A stretch of DNA of 64,000 bases from Leptospiraceae bacterium (lineage in GTDB: Bacteria > Spirochaetota > Leptospiria > Leptospirales > Leptonemataceae), in NCBI GenBank assembly GCA_040217195.1, contig JAVJNR010000010.1, positions 1-64,000 of the forward strand, given 5' to 3'. Below, piece by piece: positions 38,932-49,500 of the stretch (the stretch's first letter is position 1; each line of letters begins with the position of its first letter). Both the position numbers and the translations under genes were made by a program. Under the pieces are notes generated by a model. The model ran no database searches. It had not been told where the DNA came from and worked only from the letters and a program-made list of their open reading frames with translations.

Positions 38932-39420
38932 TCCAACGGGCATTGGGAGGGCAATGTCAGCACAGCCAGATACGATGTGTTCCCGCAGGGAGCCTATAGC
39001 GTCGGCGATCAGTGGTTCGCGGTGGATAGCCAATTCGATGCTGGAGGCTCCTCTGTTCGGTGCCAGGAAACCGGGTTTGGATACGGAGGGTGCACACTTG
39101 GTTGCTGTCCTGGAGGCTCTGCATTGCTCGGGTGTTGCGGAGTTACATTGCCTGATGGAACCTATTTCTGCAATACTACGGACGACCCTAACTACCATCC
39201 TAATGGTTGGTATTCTGAAATCCGATCGTGTGGCCTCGGATGCGAAAGCAATTTCTATAAGCTCTGCTACAACCCGGATTGGAAAACGCGCTATAATGTA
39301 TACGAATATCGTCCTGCCGAGTGGCAGGAACTGAACGGGATCGAATTCGACCCCGCGAATCCTATGCACGGATGGGTGTTTCGCTACCAGTCCGTGGTTG
39401 ATGGCCTTGTTTATTCATAG
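38893..39420 (+). CDS. Cys-rich C-terminal extension in the -1 frame (possible receptor-binding tip)
   Basis: Open from the slippery site; 10 Cys; no RBS before GTG 38917. Confidence 0.65.
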   Translation, partial: RITPSSGPVAGGGSNGHWEGNVSTARYDVFPQGAYSVGDQWFAVDSQFDAGGSSVRCQETGFGYGGCTLGCCPGGSALLGCCGVTLPDGTYFCNTTDDPNYHPNGWYSEIRSCGLGCESNFYKLCYNPDWKTRYNVYEYRPAEWQELNGIEFDPANPMHGWVFRYQSVVDGLVYS

Positions 39421-39462
39421 GTGTATTTCGATAGCCGGTGATGCCGGGAAAAGGAGAGAAAA

Positions 39463-39783
39463 ATGAACGAATCACAGATATTTCAATATATGAGCCAGAT
39501 GGTTTTCAATGCCACGGCCAAGGGCCAGACCCGCGAAAAGGCTCTGGAGCAGGCCGAGGAAACCGTTTCCGGCATAGTCGACACATCGAAGAAGCTGGCC
39601 TCAGAGCTTGACTCAGAGGAGCTTGGCGAAAGCCAGATATTTCAGTATATGAGCCAACTGGTCTTCAATGATGTGATGAAGGGCAAGGACAGAGAAACGG
39701 CCCTGAAAGATGCAGCCAAAACCGTGAAGGCGATTGCCACGAAGACGAAAGCCCTTGCGGCCAGAGCCCAGCCGAAAGAATAG
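39463..39783 (+). CDS. Hypothetical protein made of two roughly 53-aa repeats
   Basis: ESQIFQYMSQxVFN...KG..RE.AL..A..TV..I occurs twice; AAGGAG RBS. Confidence 0.8.
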   Translation: MNESQIFQYMSQMVFNATAKGQTREKALEQAEETVSGIVDTSKKLASELDSEELGESQIFQYMSQLVFNDVMKGKDRETALKDAAKTVKAIATKTKALAARAQPKE

Positions 39784-39785
39784 CA

Positions 39786-40043
39786 ATGGCCTGCGGGAAG
39801 TGCGGCAGCTCGGCACCGGTGGTCGCAGCCGAATCCAGAGATTGCCGGAAAAATACAACAGCACCCATCCAGGAAGGGTTCAGGGATAGGCGGAATGAAC
39901 GTCTTGCAATCTGCCTGGAGTGTCCGGCATTGAAGCGATACGTCAAAGTCTCGAAGATGGAACAATGCGGACTCTGTGCTTGTTTCGTTCGGGCTAAGAC
40001 TGCGATTCCATGGGAGAAGTGCCCGGCGGGCTTCTGGGAGTAG
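39786..40043 (+). CDS. Small Cys-rich protein (DUF6171-like)
   Basis: RLAICLECP...CGLCACFVRAK...CPAGFW. Confidence 0.7.
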   Translation: MACGKCGSSAPVVAAESRDCRKNTTAPIQEGFRDRRNERLAICLECPALKRYVKVSKMEQCGLCACFVRAKTAIPWEKCPAGFWE

Positions 40044-40046
40044 CTG

Positions 40047-41441
40047 ATGGCGTTTATATCACCCAGAGTTCGACTTATGGCTTACCGCCCCTTTGATAAG
40101 GAGCCAGTGGAGGTGCCTCTGGATCCGATTACAAAGATCAGCTCTAACCGGGGCTTCGGTCCCGGATCAATCAGTCTGACATTTACTCGTGGCGTGGCCC
40201 CGGGAGAAATCCGGAAGGTCATGGATCTCCTGACGGATCAGACCGTGGTCCAACTCCAGGTAAAGCGCAAGCCGGGGGATGAATGGAGACAATTAAACCT
40301 CTGCCATGTCAGTTCCGCGTCGACAACCATTCATGCGAAGGGTGAAGAATCCTGGAGCCCGGAACTGGTTACACTGGATGGAAAGCTCCAGAACCAGGTC
40401 TATTTCATCTCGTTACCCAACGGAGCAAAGAAGCTGACTCCGGAGGAGGCTGCGGGCTTGCCGGAGGGGTCATTCCCCAGGGCTTTAATGCAGTTCGGAG
40501 AGTCCTTCAAGGGTGGAGTAAAGTCGCTGAAGCGCCTGATTGAGAACTTCTGGGATGAGATCATAGTAACGCTCATGAACCCCGAGCAGTATGGCACACG
40601 GACCGTGGTTTTCGGAGGGAAACGGCTTGCAGGGCCGGTGGGTTCCGATGATGCGCTGTCGACTTTGAAAGTGTTTTCTACTCCATCCTACACCGAGCAG
40701 TTCATCTCATTCTTTAGCTTCCTGAATCAGATATCCATTGGAAATAGCCCCAATTTCTACCAGATCATCTCAAGTCTGGCCACCGCCCCGCTGTATGAGT
40801 GGTTTTTCGATCCACTCCAGGGGAACGGGGTGCTCGACGAGGAAACAAAGTACACGGTCAAGAATTCGCAGGGACTATTTATTTTCCGCAAGACCCCCTT
40901 TTTCGATTTGTTCGACCAGTCCGGCAAATGGATCGAACCGGCGGAAACAATTAAGGACATCCACCAGTTGAATTACGGCCACAAAGACTCGGACATATAC
41001 ACCGGTGTGCATGTTGGGCTTACGGCCTTTGATCTCGGGGCCAATGCAATCGTTTTCAAGCCCAAATGGTCCGGGCTTCTGGGGGCTACCCATGGCCATC
41101 GTCCACTCCAGATAAAGATGGATGGCATTAAACCGGGCGATATGGGACCGGATCAAATTACAGACGCACTCTCGAAGATTCAGGACAGGCTATTTACAAT
41201 ATTCTGCGACAGTAAAGTGCCGCGCCGCAATGCCAGCGTCTCGGCGAACTGTACTTTCGATTTCTTCCGGGTGGGACAGCCCTACAGAATAGAAGCCCCG
41301 AAATCCGCAAAGAAGGATTACGGTTCCTATGGCTATGTAACCCAGGTCAAGGACACATTCAGCATTCAGGAAGCCGAAGCCTCCAGCAGCGTATCCCTGA
41401 AATGGATTGATCGCCTATCCGGAATTCCTTCCGAGTCTTGA
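40047..41441 (+). CDS. Probable baseplate hub protein
   Basis: Size, beta-rich termini (GSISLTF; RVGQPY...YVTQVKDTF), PLYEWFFD and FRKTPF. Confidence 0.55.
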   Translation: MAFISPRVRLMAYRPFDKEPVEVPLDPITKISSNRGFGPGSISLTFTRGVAPGEIRKVMDLLTDQTVVQLQVKRKPGDEWRQLNLCHVSSASTTIHAKGEESWSPELVTLDGKLQNQVYFISLPNGAKKLTPEEAAGLPEGSFPRALMQFGESFKGGVKSLKRLIENFWDEIIVTLMNPEQYGTRTVVFGGKRLAGPVGSDDALSTLKVFSTPSYTEQFISFFSFLNQISIGNSPNFYQIISSLATAPLYEWFFDPLQGNGVLDEETKYTVKNSQGLFIFRKTPFFDLFDQSGKWIEPAETIKDIHQLNYGHKDSDIYTGVHVGLTAFDLGANAIVFKPKWSGLLGATHGHRPLQIKMDGIKPGDMGPDQITDALSKIQDRLFTIFCDSKVPRRNASVSANCTFDFFRVGQPYRIEAPKSAKKDYGSYGYVTQVKDTFSIQEAEASSSVSLKWIDRLSGIPSES

Positions 41442-41472
41442 CCGATTCCAGAGTTGGAGGGCACTCTAACGG
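41442..41472 (+). promoter_or_regulatory. Putative late promoter
   Basis: CCGAT exactly 26 nt before ATG; the -10 hexamer is weak. Confidence 0.5.
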
Positions 41473-41853
41473 ATGCCATACATCGGGCCATATATCCCGG
41501 AGGACTACGAGATAGAAGAAATGTTTGCTCAGCTTACCCTTGCCAGAGGGGAAGTCTCATACAACGCAACAAACGTTGCCGTTGGAGACGCCCTGCCTAA
41601 CGATTCGGTTATTGTTGCTCTATGCGTCCGCGTAGAAACGCCCTGGGACGTGCCCGCCAGCATGACAATCGGAAACAACAGCGATTCCGACCTCTATGCG
41701 GACGCAGATTCAATAGACCTGAATCAAGAGGGGCTCTACATGATCGATGTTTACGGGATTACCCTTGGCACATCAACAATCAACGCTTACATAAACGCTC
41801 CTGGTGCAGTAATCGGTAAGGCTACCGTCTTTGCCGTGGTACGCGTCGGATAA
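41473..41853 (+). CDS. Hypothetical beta-rich virion protein
   Basis: ORF between the hub and the protease. Confidence 0.65.
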   Translation: MPYIGPYIPEDYEIEEMFAQLTLARGEVSYNATNVAVGDALPNDSVIVALCVRVETPWDVPASMTIGNNSDSDLYADADSIDLNQEGLYMIDVYGITLGTSTINAYINAPGAVIGKATVFAVVRVG

Positions 41854-41866
41854 TCCGGGATCTTGC

Positions 41867-41897
41867 CCGATAGTAAAAAACCAGCCCAAATGCAGGC
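41867..41897 (+). promoter_or_regulatory. Putative leaderless late promoter
   Basis: CCGAT-N14-CCAAAT-N6-ATG. Confidence 0.68.
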
Positions 41898-42764
41898 ATG
41901 GAATTTACCCATCCCTGCCATATTATCAAAGCCGAAGAGAATTCCGGACGGCTGAAAGTTCTGATTCGAGCCTCCACTGAAGGAGAAGACCGGCACGGCG
42001 AGCGTGTCCTAAAGAGCGCGTTTGCAGACCCGGATATGCAACGGTCTTTTTCCAGGGAAGGCTACTACGACTACAACCACATAACAGATATTCTGGACAA
42101 ACAGATGAAAGGTGTCTCCGGCACCGAACTTGTGGAACTGCAGAAGGCCAAAGCAAGGGCGATCATTGGATATCCCGATCCCGAGAAGTCGTTGTTCGTC
42201 GGGGATGATGGCGTTTATTCCCAGGGGTATCTATTCGCAGACAATGAATACGTCCAGGAAATCCGCAAGGGTCTTGAATCCGGCTGGTCCGGCTGGGGGG
42301 CTTCGATCTCTGGTTTTGCGAGCCCGAGGGACCTGGAAGGCAACACTTTCAAGAAGATGCTCCTGAAAAAGATCGCAATCGCCCCGCTCCAGGAAGTCAT
42401 CAATCCGGATACAAGTGTTCAACTGGCCAAGTCCAAACTCGTTCAATTGCTCAAGGGTGGTGAGGACTACTACACCGAAGAACAGACGGGCGCAACCGAC
42501 ACCTTGCCCGATACAGAAATCCGTGACCAGATAATTCAGGATCTACAGATTCAGGTCGGTCGGCTCACGCGATTGGTCCTTTCGCAACCATCGATGCAGG
42601 AAGCTATCGCTCGAGAAGTGGTGGATGCGATCAAATGCGGCACCCTGCCCCTGCAACACGATCCCATAGTCAGCTTTTTGACCGATAGCTTTGGCTTTGA
42701 TACGGATTTAGCCAAGCAAGTCGCAAACGGCGTACTGCTAACAGGTAACTTCGGAGCGGCATAG
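41898..42764 (+). CDS. Prohead protease
   Basis: ASTEGEDRHGE.V, GYYDYNH, GASISG, IAIAP...INPDT; precedes scaffold and capsid genes. Confidence 0.8.
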   Translation: MEFTHPCHIIKAEENSGRLKVLIRASTEGEDRHGERVLKSAFADPDMQRSFSREGYYDYNHITDILDKQMKGVSGTELVELQKAKARAIIGYPDPEKSLFVGDDGVYSQGYLFADNEYVQEIRKGLESGWSGWGASISGFASPRDLEGNTFKKMLLKKIAIAPLQEVINPDTSVQLAKSKLVQLLKGGEDYYTEEQTGATDTLPDTEIRDQIIQDLQIQVGRLTRLVLSQPSMQEAIAREVVDAIKCGTLPLQHDPIVSFLTDSFGFDTDLAKQVANGVLLTGNFGAA

Positions 42765-42800
42765 CTCCTGAGAGTCCAGAGAAGAGGAGACACTGAACTT

Positions 42801-43487
42801 ATGAAATGGGCAGAAGAATTAATTAGCAAGATTCAATCATTAAACGTTCGCAAAGCGGATGATCCGACCTCCGGCGATAAAGGCGGCGGGTCCATCGAGG
42901 ACCTGGCAATGCAGGCCGCAAACAAAATGGAAAACGGCGAAATTGAACCGGATGCAGATTCCGTTAAGGACTTCCTGGTATCTAACGGTGTCGACGAATC
43001 TGAGGCCGGAGATTTTGCCAAAGATATCATAGATGCCTATTTCTCCGAGGATGATCCGAAATCCGGCGAAGGCGACGGGTCCGGGGACAAAGGAGACGTC
43101 AACAAGTCAAAGGATCCGACCCAGGATGAAGCCAATTCGGACCAGATCCCCATTCAGAAGTCCATGGAGCGAATCGAAGAGGCCCTGAGTGTTCTCGGCT
43201 ATGGCCTTACTCATATCCTGGACGAGCTGCAGGCAACCCGCAAGGAGAATGCTGTCCTGAAAAGCCAGGTGGATGAATACCTCGGCAAGCCAGTTCGCAA
43301 GAGTACGGTTGAGCAAGTGGCCCCAGGTGCTGGCCAGGAGAGCGGCAGATCCACCTCCGAAACAAAGACCCTGATTCTGAAAGGAGTCCAGGCCGGTGAG
43401 CTTACCACTGAAGACATGACTGCCTTCGAAGTGGGCCGAGTGCTCACCGACAAAGCAAAGCAATACATCAATAAGGCAGGAGCCTGA
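42801..43487 (+). CDS. Scaffold-like acidic protein
   Basis: Between protease and capsid genes; acidic, coiled coil, many xxK[A/S] sites. Confidence 0.7.
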   Translation: MKWAEELISKIQSLNVRKADDPTSGDKGGGSIEDLAMQAANKMENGEIEPDADSVKDFLVSNGVDESEAGDFAKDIIDAYFSEDDPKSGEGDGSGDKGDVNKSKDPTQDEANSDQIPIQKSMERIEEALSVLGYGLTHILDELQATRKENAVLKSQVDEYLGKPVRKSTVEQVAPGAGQESGRSTSETKTLILKGVQAGELTTEDMTAFEVGRVLTDKAKQYINKAGA

Positions 43488-43519
43488 TCCCTGAAAGCGC
43501 GACAACAGAGAGGATAGAA

Positions 43520-44941
43520 ATGAGAGAACTTAACGAACTACTGGAGATTAAGAAGGCCTTTGAGGCCAATCCGGGGATTACTGATGTGGCCGAGCTCTTT
43601 GACGGCCCGGCGCTCAGTATGCAATACATCGATGGAACCATGTCCTCCATCGTTGCAAGCGATGTTGACTTCGCTTTCCTGAACAAGCTACCGAAACGAT
43701 CGGTGGACCAGACCATTGCCGAATACAACAAAATGAAAAGCCACGGAGACTCTCCGTATCGCACTTCTTTCGTTGGGCAATCAGAGGATCCCCACTTCGC
43801 TGACGCATACCTGAAAAGAAAGTTCGATGAAATGGCGTATCTTTCGGAAGGGTTCACATACAACCGCGTAATTGCCCGAACCAGGAACACAAACGACCCG
43901 GAAATGGTATCGTCCACGTCCGCCATGCGCCGGATGCTCACTTCCCTGTCCCGGGGCCTCTGGAATGGTGACCGTGACGCCCTTTCGGTTGAAATGGACG
44001 GAATCGTTAAGAAAGTTTCCTCCCTGGGCTCGGACTTCGTTTACGATTGTCGTGGCCAACTACCCGGTGCCGACGTAATCCAGCATTTTGCAGCTCAGAT
44101 CCGAAGTAGATATTTCGGACTGGCCAACGAATTCCACATGGCCGTCGGTTCCAAAAACCTGTTTGATCAGGCAGACCTCGGTGATAAGCAGTATATTTTC
44201 CTGGATGGCCAGAATACCGGTGCAGGTCTGTATGCCAGCCGAGTTGTGGAGGGCCAGAAGGCTTCCTTCGCACTGAACAACAAGATTCAGTATGTACCGG
44301 ATCTCTGGATCGATGAAAGCAATTTCGGCGTTCCAATGGACTATGACCGGTCCACCGACTCCGTGGTCGAAAAGGCCGTAGGTGAAGCTCCTCCGGATAC
44401 CCCTGCTCTGGCGGTCGCTGCTCAGGCTCCGTCCGTACCCGGCTCCAAATGGGAGGCTGGAGACGTTGGCACCGTAGCATACCGTGTGGCCGCTGTAGGC
44501 CCTAAAGGTGCTTCTCAGGCCACAACCTCACAATCCGCCACAGTAGCCGCAAATGGAGCCGTGGAACTGACCATCACTCCGGCTGCAGGAGGCAACTTCG
44601 CAGAGGCATTCCTGATCTTCCGTGAGACAGCTCCTGGCAACGGAGATTTCCGCAAGATTGCCCGTGTAAAGCGTGCAACCAGCGGTGACACTACCTTTGT
44701 GGACGTAAATGAGACGATCCCCGGAACCAGCGTCGGTGTCCTGGGCGACTTCAATAGCCGGTCCACTTCCGACGAAACCAGAACCATGGTTCTGAGTGAG
44801 CTTATGAGCCCGCTCAAAACCACCTTCCCTCCGGGAGTTGGCGGCCTGCGACTGAACGTTGGCATGGTGGAGTATTTCACAACCATCCAGCTCTTCGCCG
44901 AAGAGAAGTTCGTCGTATTCAAGAACATGCCAGTTATCTAA
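43520..44941 (+). CDS. Major capsid protein (Herelleviridae-like)
   Basis: IKKAFEANPGITD...GPALSMQYID resembles KSFxTGYGITP...AGALRREILD; EMDGIVK; strong RBS and terminator. Confidence 0.88.
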   Translation: MRELNELLEIKKAFEANPGITDVAELFDGPALSMQYIDGTMSSIVASDVDFAFLNKLPKRSVDQTIAEYNKMKSHGDSPYRTSFVGQSEDPHFADAYLKRKFDEMAYLSEGFTYNRVIARTRNTNDPEMVSSTSAMRRMLTSLSRGLWNGDRDALSVEMDGIVKKVSSLGSDFVYDCRGQLPGADVIQHFAAQIRSRYFGLANEFHMAVGSKNLFDQADLGDKQYIFLDGQNTGAGLYASRVVEGQKASFALNNKIQYVPDLWIDESNFGVPMDYDRSTDSVVEKAVGEAPPDTPALAVAAQAPSVPGSKWEAGDVGTVAYRVAAVGPKGASQATTSQSATVAANGAVELTITPAAGGNFAEAFLIFRETAPGNGDFRKIARVKRATSGDTTFVDVNETIPGTSVGVLGDFNSRSTSDETRTMVLSELMSPLKTTFPPGVGGLRLNVGMVEYFTTIQLFAEEKFVVFKNMPVI

Positions 44942-44977
44942 TCTTCCCGGCATATCACTCCCAACAAGATACCCCCG

Positions 44978-45005
44978 GCCCCGGCAGTTTGCCGGGGCTT
45001 TTTTT
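44978..45005 (+). terminator. Rho-independent terminator after the capsid gene
   Basis: GCCCCGGCA-GTT-TGCCGGGGC followed by T7. Confidence 0.9.
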
Positions 45006-45010
45006 GAGCC

Positions 45011-45736
45011 ATGCAACCAATCAACCTACAAAGGCTACTGGATCGCGGCGAATTCCCACAGACCGCAAAATACCTGCACAGCCTTACCAGGGCTGCTAAG
45101 GCCAAGTATGAGAGCTACATCAGGAACTTCACACCTTCCTGGTGGGGCCGAATGGCACTTTCGACCGGGCCGGGTGGCGGTGGAGGCCTATTGATTCGCA
45201 AGGTACCCGGTGGACTGGAGATTTACTATGCGAATGCCGGAAAATACAACTACCTCGAAGTGGTAGAAAAGGGGCGCGGAACCTATGATATGAAACCAGC
45301 CCTCCTTAGATCGCCCCGGGCAAGGACGGGGAAGAACGGTCGCTATATCATTATCCCCATGACCCGAAACAAAGACGGCTCCGAAGTCAATGAGGAGAAT
45401 AATACGATCCATAGTGTCGTCCGAAGGACCGGCCACTATATGGATCGAGAAGGAAAGAAGCGGATCAAATACGGGAAGGTTGAAGACCGCTCTGGCCGGG
45501 GCAATGTATATGCATTCGAGCAAGGGCCGGTGAAATCCGGAGAGATGCAGTACAGCTATGCCAAGTTCCTGACCGTCTCGGAGAATTCCTCCGGGTGGAT
45601 TCAAAAACCTATCCAGGGGGCGCGCATAGAACCAGAAATCCAGAAAGAAGTGGATAAGACAGTCCGGAGGGATCCGCGACTCCAGGAGGCGATCTCCAGG
45701 GACGTCGAAAAATTCCTGACCAGGTATTTCCAGTAA
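45011..45736 (+). CDS. Neck / tail-completion protein
   Basis: YDMKPALLRSPRAR.GKNGRYIIIP and TVSENSSGWI, as in Herelleviridae neck proteins. Confidence 0.65.
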   Translation: MQPINLQRLLDRGEFPQTAKYLHSLTRAAKAKYESYIRNFTPSWWGRMALSTGPGGGGGLLIRKVPGGLEIYYANAGKYNYLEVVEKGRGTYDMKPALLRSPRARTGKNGRYIIIPMTRNKDGSEVNEENNTIHSVVRRTGHYMDREGKKRIKYGKVEDRSGRGNVYAFEQGPVKSGEMQYSYAKFLTVSENSSGWIQKPIQGARIEPEIQKEVDKTVRRDPRLQEAISRDVEKFLTRYFQ

Positions 45737-45759
45737 CCCTCTGTGCGGCACTCAGTTCC

Positions 45760-45791
45760 CCGATAGCCTTTTCTATGGCCTACTCGGGTGC
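45760..45791 (+). promoter_or_regulatory. Putative leaderless late promoter
   Basis: CCGAT-N14-CCTACT-N7-ATG. Confidence 0.6.
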
Positions 45792-46493
45792 ATGAAAACC
45801 ATCCAAAAGACTCTGAATTTCATTTTCCAGTGTCTCTGGTTTGCCATCAAGGGATTGATTCCCAGAAAGATCGGCGCCGGGGACAAGATCATTCATTATG
45901 CCCCCAGACTCGTCGTTCAGTTAATACTGTCCTATCTCGTAGGCGGTCCACGTCTCTTCCTGTTCGGAGATTCGAACAGTGAGGTAATGTCCCGCTTGAA
46001 AGTGATGATCGGTTTTGACGTGGTTGCCATTTCTGGCGGTATCGGTGGATCGAGATTGGACCAATGGGTCGATTTCTTTGAAACATGGATCGGGAAACTC
46101 GTCCTATGGCTTGTTGGCGATGCTGAAACGGTCTGCAATCTTGGCGGCAACAATGCTCTCCATCGAAAGATGAAAACGGTTCCGGAATCTGCCCGCGAAC
46201 TTCATGCGATTCGTCCGGATGCCTGGATCATCTTGATACCGCCTATTCACTTCGATTTCTTTTCCATTCTGGTTCAACCGAAACAACTCAGAAAGGATAT
46301 CGAAAAAATCAACAAGGAACTACGCAAAGAGTACAAACCTCGAATTATCGATCCAGAGCCCCTGGTGGACAAAGACGAGAACGGCGAACCGGATCCAGGT
46401 TCACTGAAGGATGCGGTACATTATGCAGACCGGCTTGTCTTTGAGATTCAGACTGTAATCGAGCTTACTGCCCTGGCCGAAGTGGACCGATAA
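45792..46493 (+). CDS. SGNH/GDSL-family hydrolase
   Basis: FGDSNS, GIGGS, LGGNN and DAVH blocks. Confidence 0.8.
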   Translation: MKTIQKTLNFIFQCLWFAIKGLIPRKIGAGDKIIHYAPRLVVQLILSYLVGGPRLFLFGDSNSEVMSRLKVMIGFDVVAISGGIGGSRLDQWVDFFETWIGKLVLWLVGDAETVCNLGGNNALHRKMKTVPESARELHAIRPDAWIILIPPIHFDFFSILVQPKQLRKDIEKINKELRKEYKPRIIDPEPLVDKDENGEPDPGSLKDAVHYADRLVFEIQTVIELTALAEVDR

Positions 46494-46517
46494 GTCGATT
46501 GAACGTAGTATCCGGCC
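46487..46517 (+). promoter_or_regulatory. Putative leaderless late promoter
   Basis: CCGAT-N14-TAGTAT-N6-ATG. Confidence 0.75.
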
Positions 46518-49500
46518 ATGCGTCGGAAATTCCTGCAAGTGTTGAAAGAACGGATGGGGGCTGCCATGGCAGGCCCCCGCTCCAGAGCGCACCTCATTCG
46601 CAAGGTCATCACAAACCGGCGGGGCCACAAGCAAACAGTATACGTCAGGCCAGACAAGGCCGGAAGCCCACCTTCTGCCACTCGAAAACCATCACAGTCT
46701 TCATCCTCTGTCGCGGAGGCTCGAAAGGAGTTTCAAAGAGCCGATGCAGAATTCAGTGCAGCGCTGGAAGAGGCCTATGGCAAGCAAGCGGGAGACAAGC
46801 GGTATTCTCCGGGTCCCCATCCACCTGCAGTAGAGGCTGCAAAGAAGAAACGGATGGAGGCCCAGAAGAAGTGGCATGCGGCACAAGACCAGGCTCGGGC
46901 TTCAGGAAAGGATCCTCTATCCGGGGCACCTGTTGAATCCGAGCAGTCAGAAGCCTCAAACAAAGAGAAGCCGGCGCCGAGTGATGGAGAGGGCAAGACA
47001 GCTTCCGATCCCCCGCCAACCGTCCTCTCCTTCGTTGGTCATGATCAGATCCGGGAGCTGTCTCAGTACACAGACAAGCGCAACTACGATAGAAAGACTA
47101 TCGATGGCATCAAGGCCAGCATCTTGCGGAATGGTTACAATCCGGCCTTTCCTCTCCAGGTCGATACAGACAACGGAACCTACAATATCGTTTCGGGGCA
47201 CCACCGATTCACAGCGGTAAAGGAACTGGTCAGCGAAGGGAAACTACCGGACAACTTTCAGATTCCCGTCATCGTAAAGCAGTATGGAAGCAAAGGCGAC
47301 CGACTAATGGCGCAAATGTCGGAGAATGTTCGCCGCACTGTCAATCCATTGGATGAGGCCCGGGCCATCGGAGAGCTAACCGAGATGGGCCACAGTGTTT
47401 CAGAAATCGCAGAAAAGACCGGAATGAATCCGGGAACTGTCCGGCGACGCAAAGCATTGACCGGGCTGCACAGTGACCTTCAAAAGCTGATCGAGAAAAA
47501 GGACCGAAGTCTGCCCGTAGGTATCGCGGAAGCGATCGGAACTCATGGCCTGAATCCAGACGGGTCTAAAAACGCAACCATCCAGAACAAGGCCCACCGA
47601 TTCTACAATGCCAACCGACATCGTGGATTCGGAGCTGCTGAAGTGATTAGCTACATGCAGGAGCTCAAGTCGCAGAACTCCGATCAAATGTGGTCCGTAG
47701 ATGAAACCCGTACGGAAGCCGAGAAGCAGGCCGTCCAGAGCCTCGGTTCAGAAGAAAAGGCAAAGCGGAACACAGCGCAAATAGACAAGTTCCTGGATAA
47801 CGTACAGAATTCGTTTCAGCGCCTTCTCGGGGACTCTATTGGCTCTCTAAACGAGTCCACTCTCAAAGAACTCTCCAACAGCCTCCTGGCCACGGAAGGC
47901 GAGTCCGGGTTTCGCTCAAAAATGGATCAGCTATCGACACTGATGAACGACCTGGAGACAGTCAAGCGTACTCTCGAGCAGAATTTCAATAAGATCAAAG
48001 AGGAATCATCGAACCATAGTCTCGCATTCGCCCGATCAATGGCAGTGATTGAAGCCAGCCAGGACGCCATTCATGTTCTAAAGTCGGTCCATCGAGAGAC
48101 AGGGGTAATCGATAAAACCAGATTTCTGGAAGTCCTCAAGGCCAAAGCCAAAGGCAAATCGGCGAGGAATCGCGCTCACCTCGTGCGCAAGGTAATAACC
48201 AACAAGAAGGGTCACAAACAGACAGTATACGTGAATCCCGATGAAACCAACCAGGCTCAGGCGGAACAAATCGGGGAGTTCACTCTGAAACGCAGAGGGA
48301 AATTCATCGATGTCCTCGGGAATCTCTTCAAAGAATCCGGCCTGTACATGGCCTTGAATTCTCTAACCGGCAAGAAGGGGAAGCCTATCGAAGGAGAAAA
48401 CGATCAGGGTAGCATTGGTGCTACTTACCCTTACTCAGTCGCTAACTATAAAAAGATCCGGGAGCAGTTGCTGGGAGTTTCCAGGGGGCCTGCCGACAAC
48501 CGAGAGCAGGATTTGAGCCCTGCGGATGTCAGGAATATACCGGATGAGATAGAGTCGGAAGTCAAGGGAGATAAAGCACGATCCCTCTGGAAGCGGGCGT
48601 CCGAGCGATTCCCGAACCTGGATGCCGGAACTTTTGTGGATCATCTGGTTGAGTATTTGCTCCACCGTGACAAATACGAAGACCTTTTTTCGCAACATAG
48701 CCTCTTCCAGGAGCCATCGGAAACTCCGGCGAACTCTGCAAAGGACTCGGGCTCGAAAGGAACGGTTAGCACTCCGAACCCAGCACCGTTCCGGAAAGAT
48801 TTGCTTCGCTTCATCCATGAGCAATGGTCCGAATCGATCCAGAGCGATCCTCGTTCAATAGAGAAGGCTGAAGCAAGGTATAATGCAGCAGAACGGGACC
48901 TTGAAGAGTCCGCCCGGGAAGCCTACGGGAATCGTTCCAGCGACATGCTGGAATACGCAAACTCCAGGGTGCATCCTCCAGAAGTTCAGGAAGACCTGGA
49001 TCAACGCAACGAAGCTCGGGTCTCTCTCCTGGAAACAAGGAAGGAGTCTCAGATTCGAGAATCCCGCATAAGGGCAAGCGTCGAAACAGGTAAAGCACGG
49101 GTCGGCGTTAAGACTCAGCATGCAATCAATGAAGAGGTCCGACAGATCCTGAAATCTGTGCCACCGGAAAAGATGACCGAGGAGCAGAAGGAACTCCTTC
49201 GTCAGTACGAAGGCTGGGGCGGGCAGACCCGAAATGATAAAACGGATTACTCCGGCAAGGGACTTCTTTATGAGTTCTATACTCCTGAGAAGGTCGTAAA
49301 CAAGTCCTGGGAGCTATTGAAGAGATATATCCCCAAAGGGAGCAAGATTCTCGAACCCGCTGCCGGGACCGGACGATTCGCAGAGGGACGATCAGACTAC
49401 AGTTTCGACATGCTGGAGGTAGACGGCACATCAAGCCAGATTGCCGGTATTCTGCACCCGGATGCAAATGTCCGGAAGGGTCAATTCGAAGAGCTGTTCC

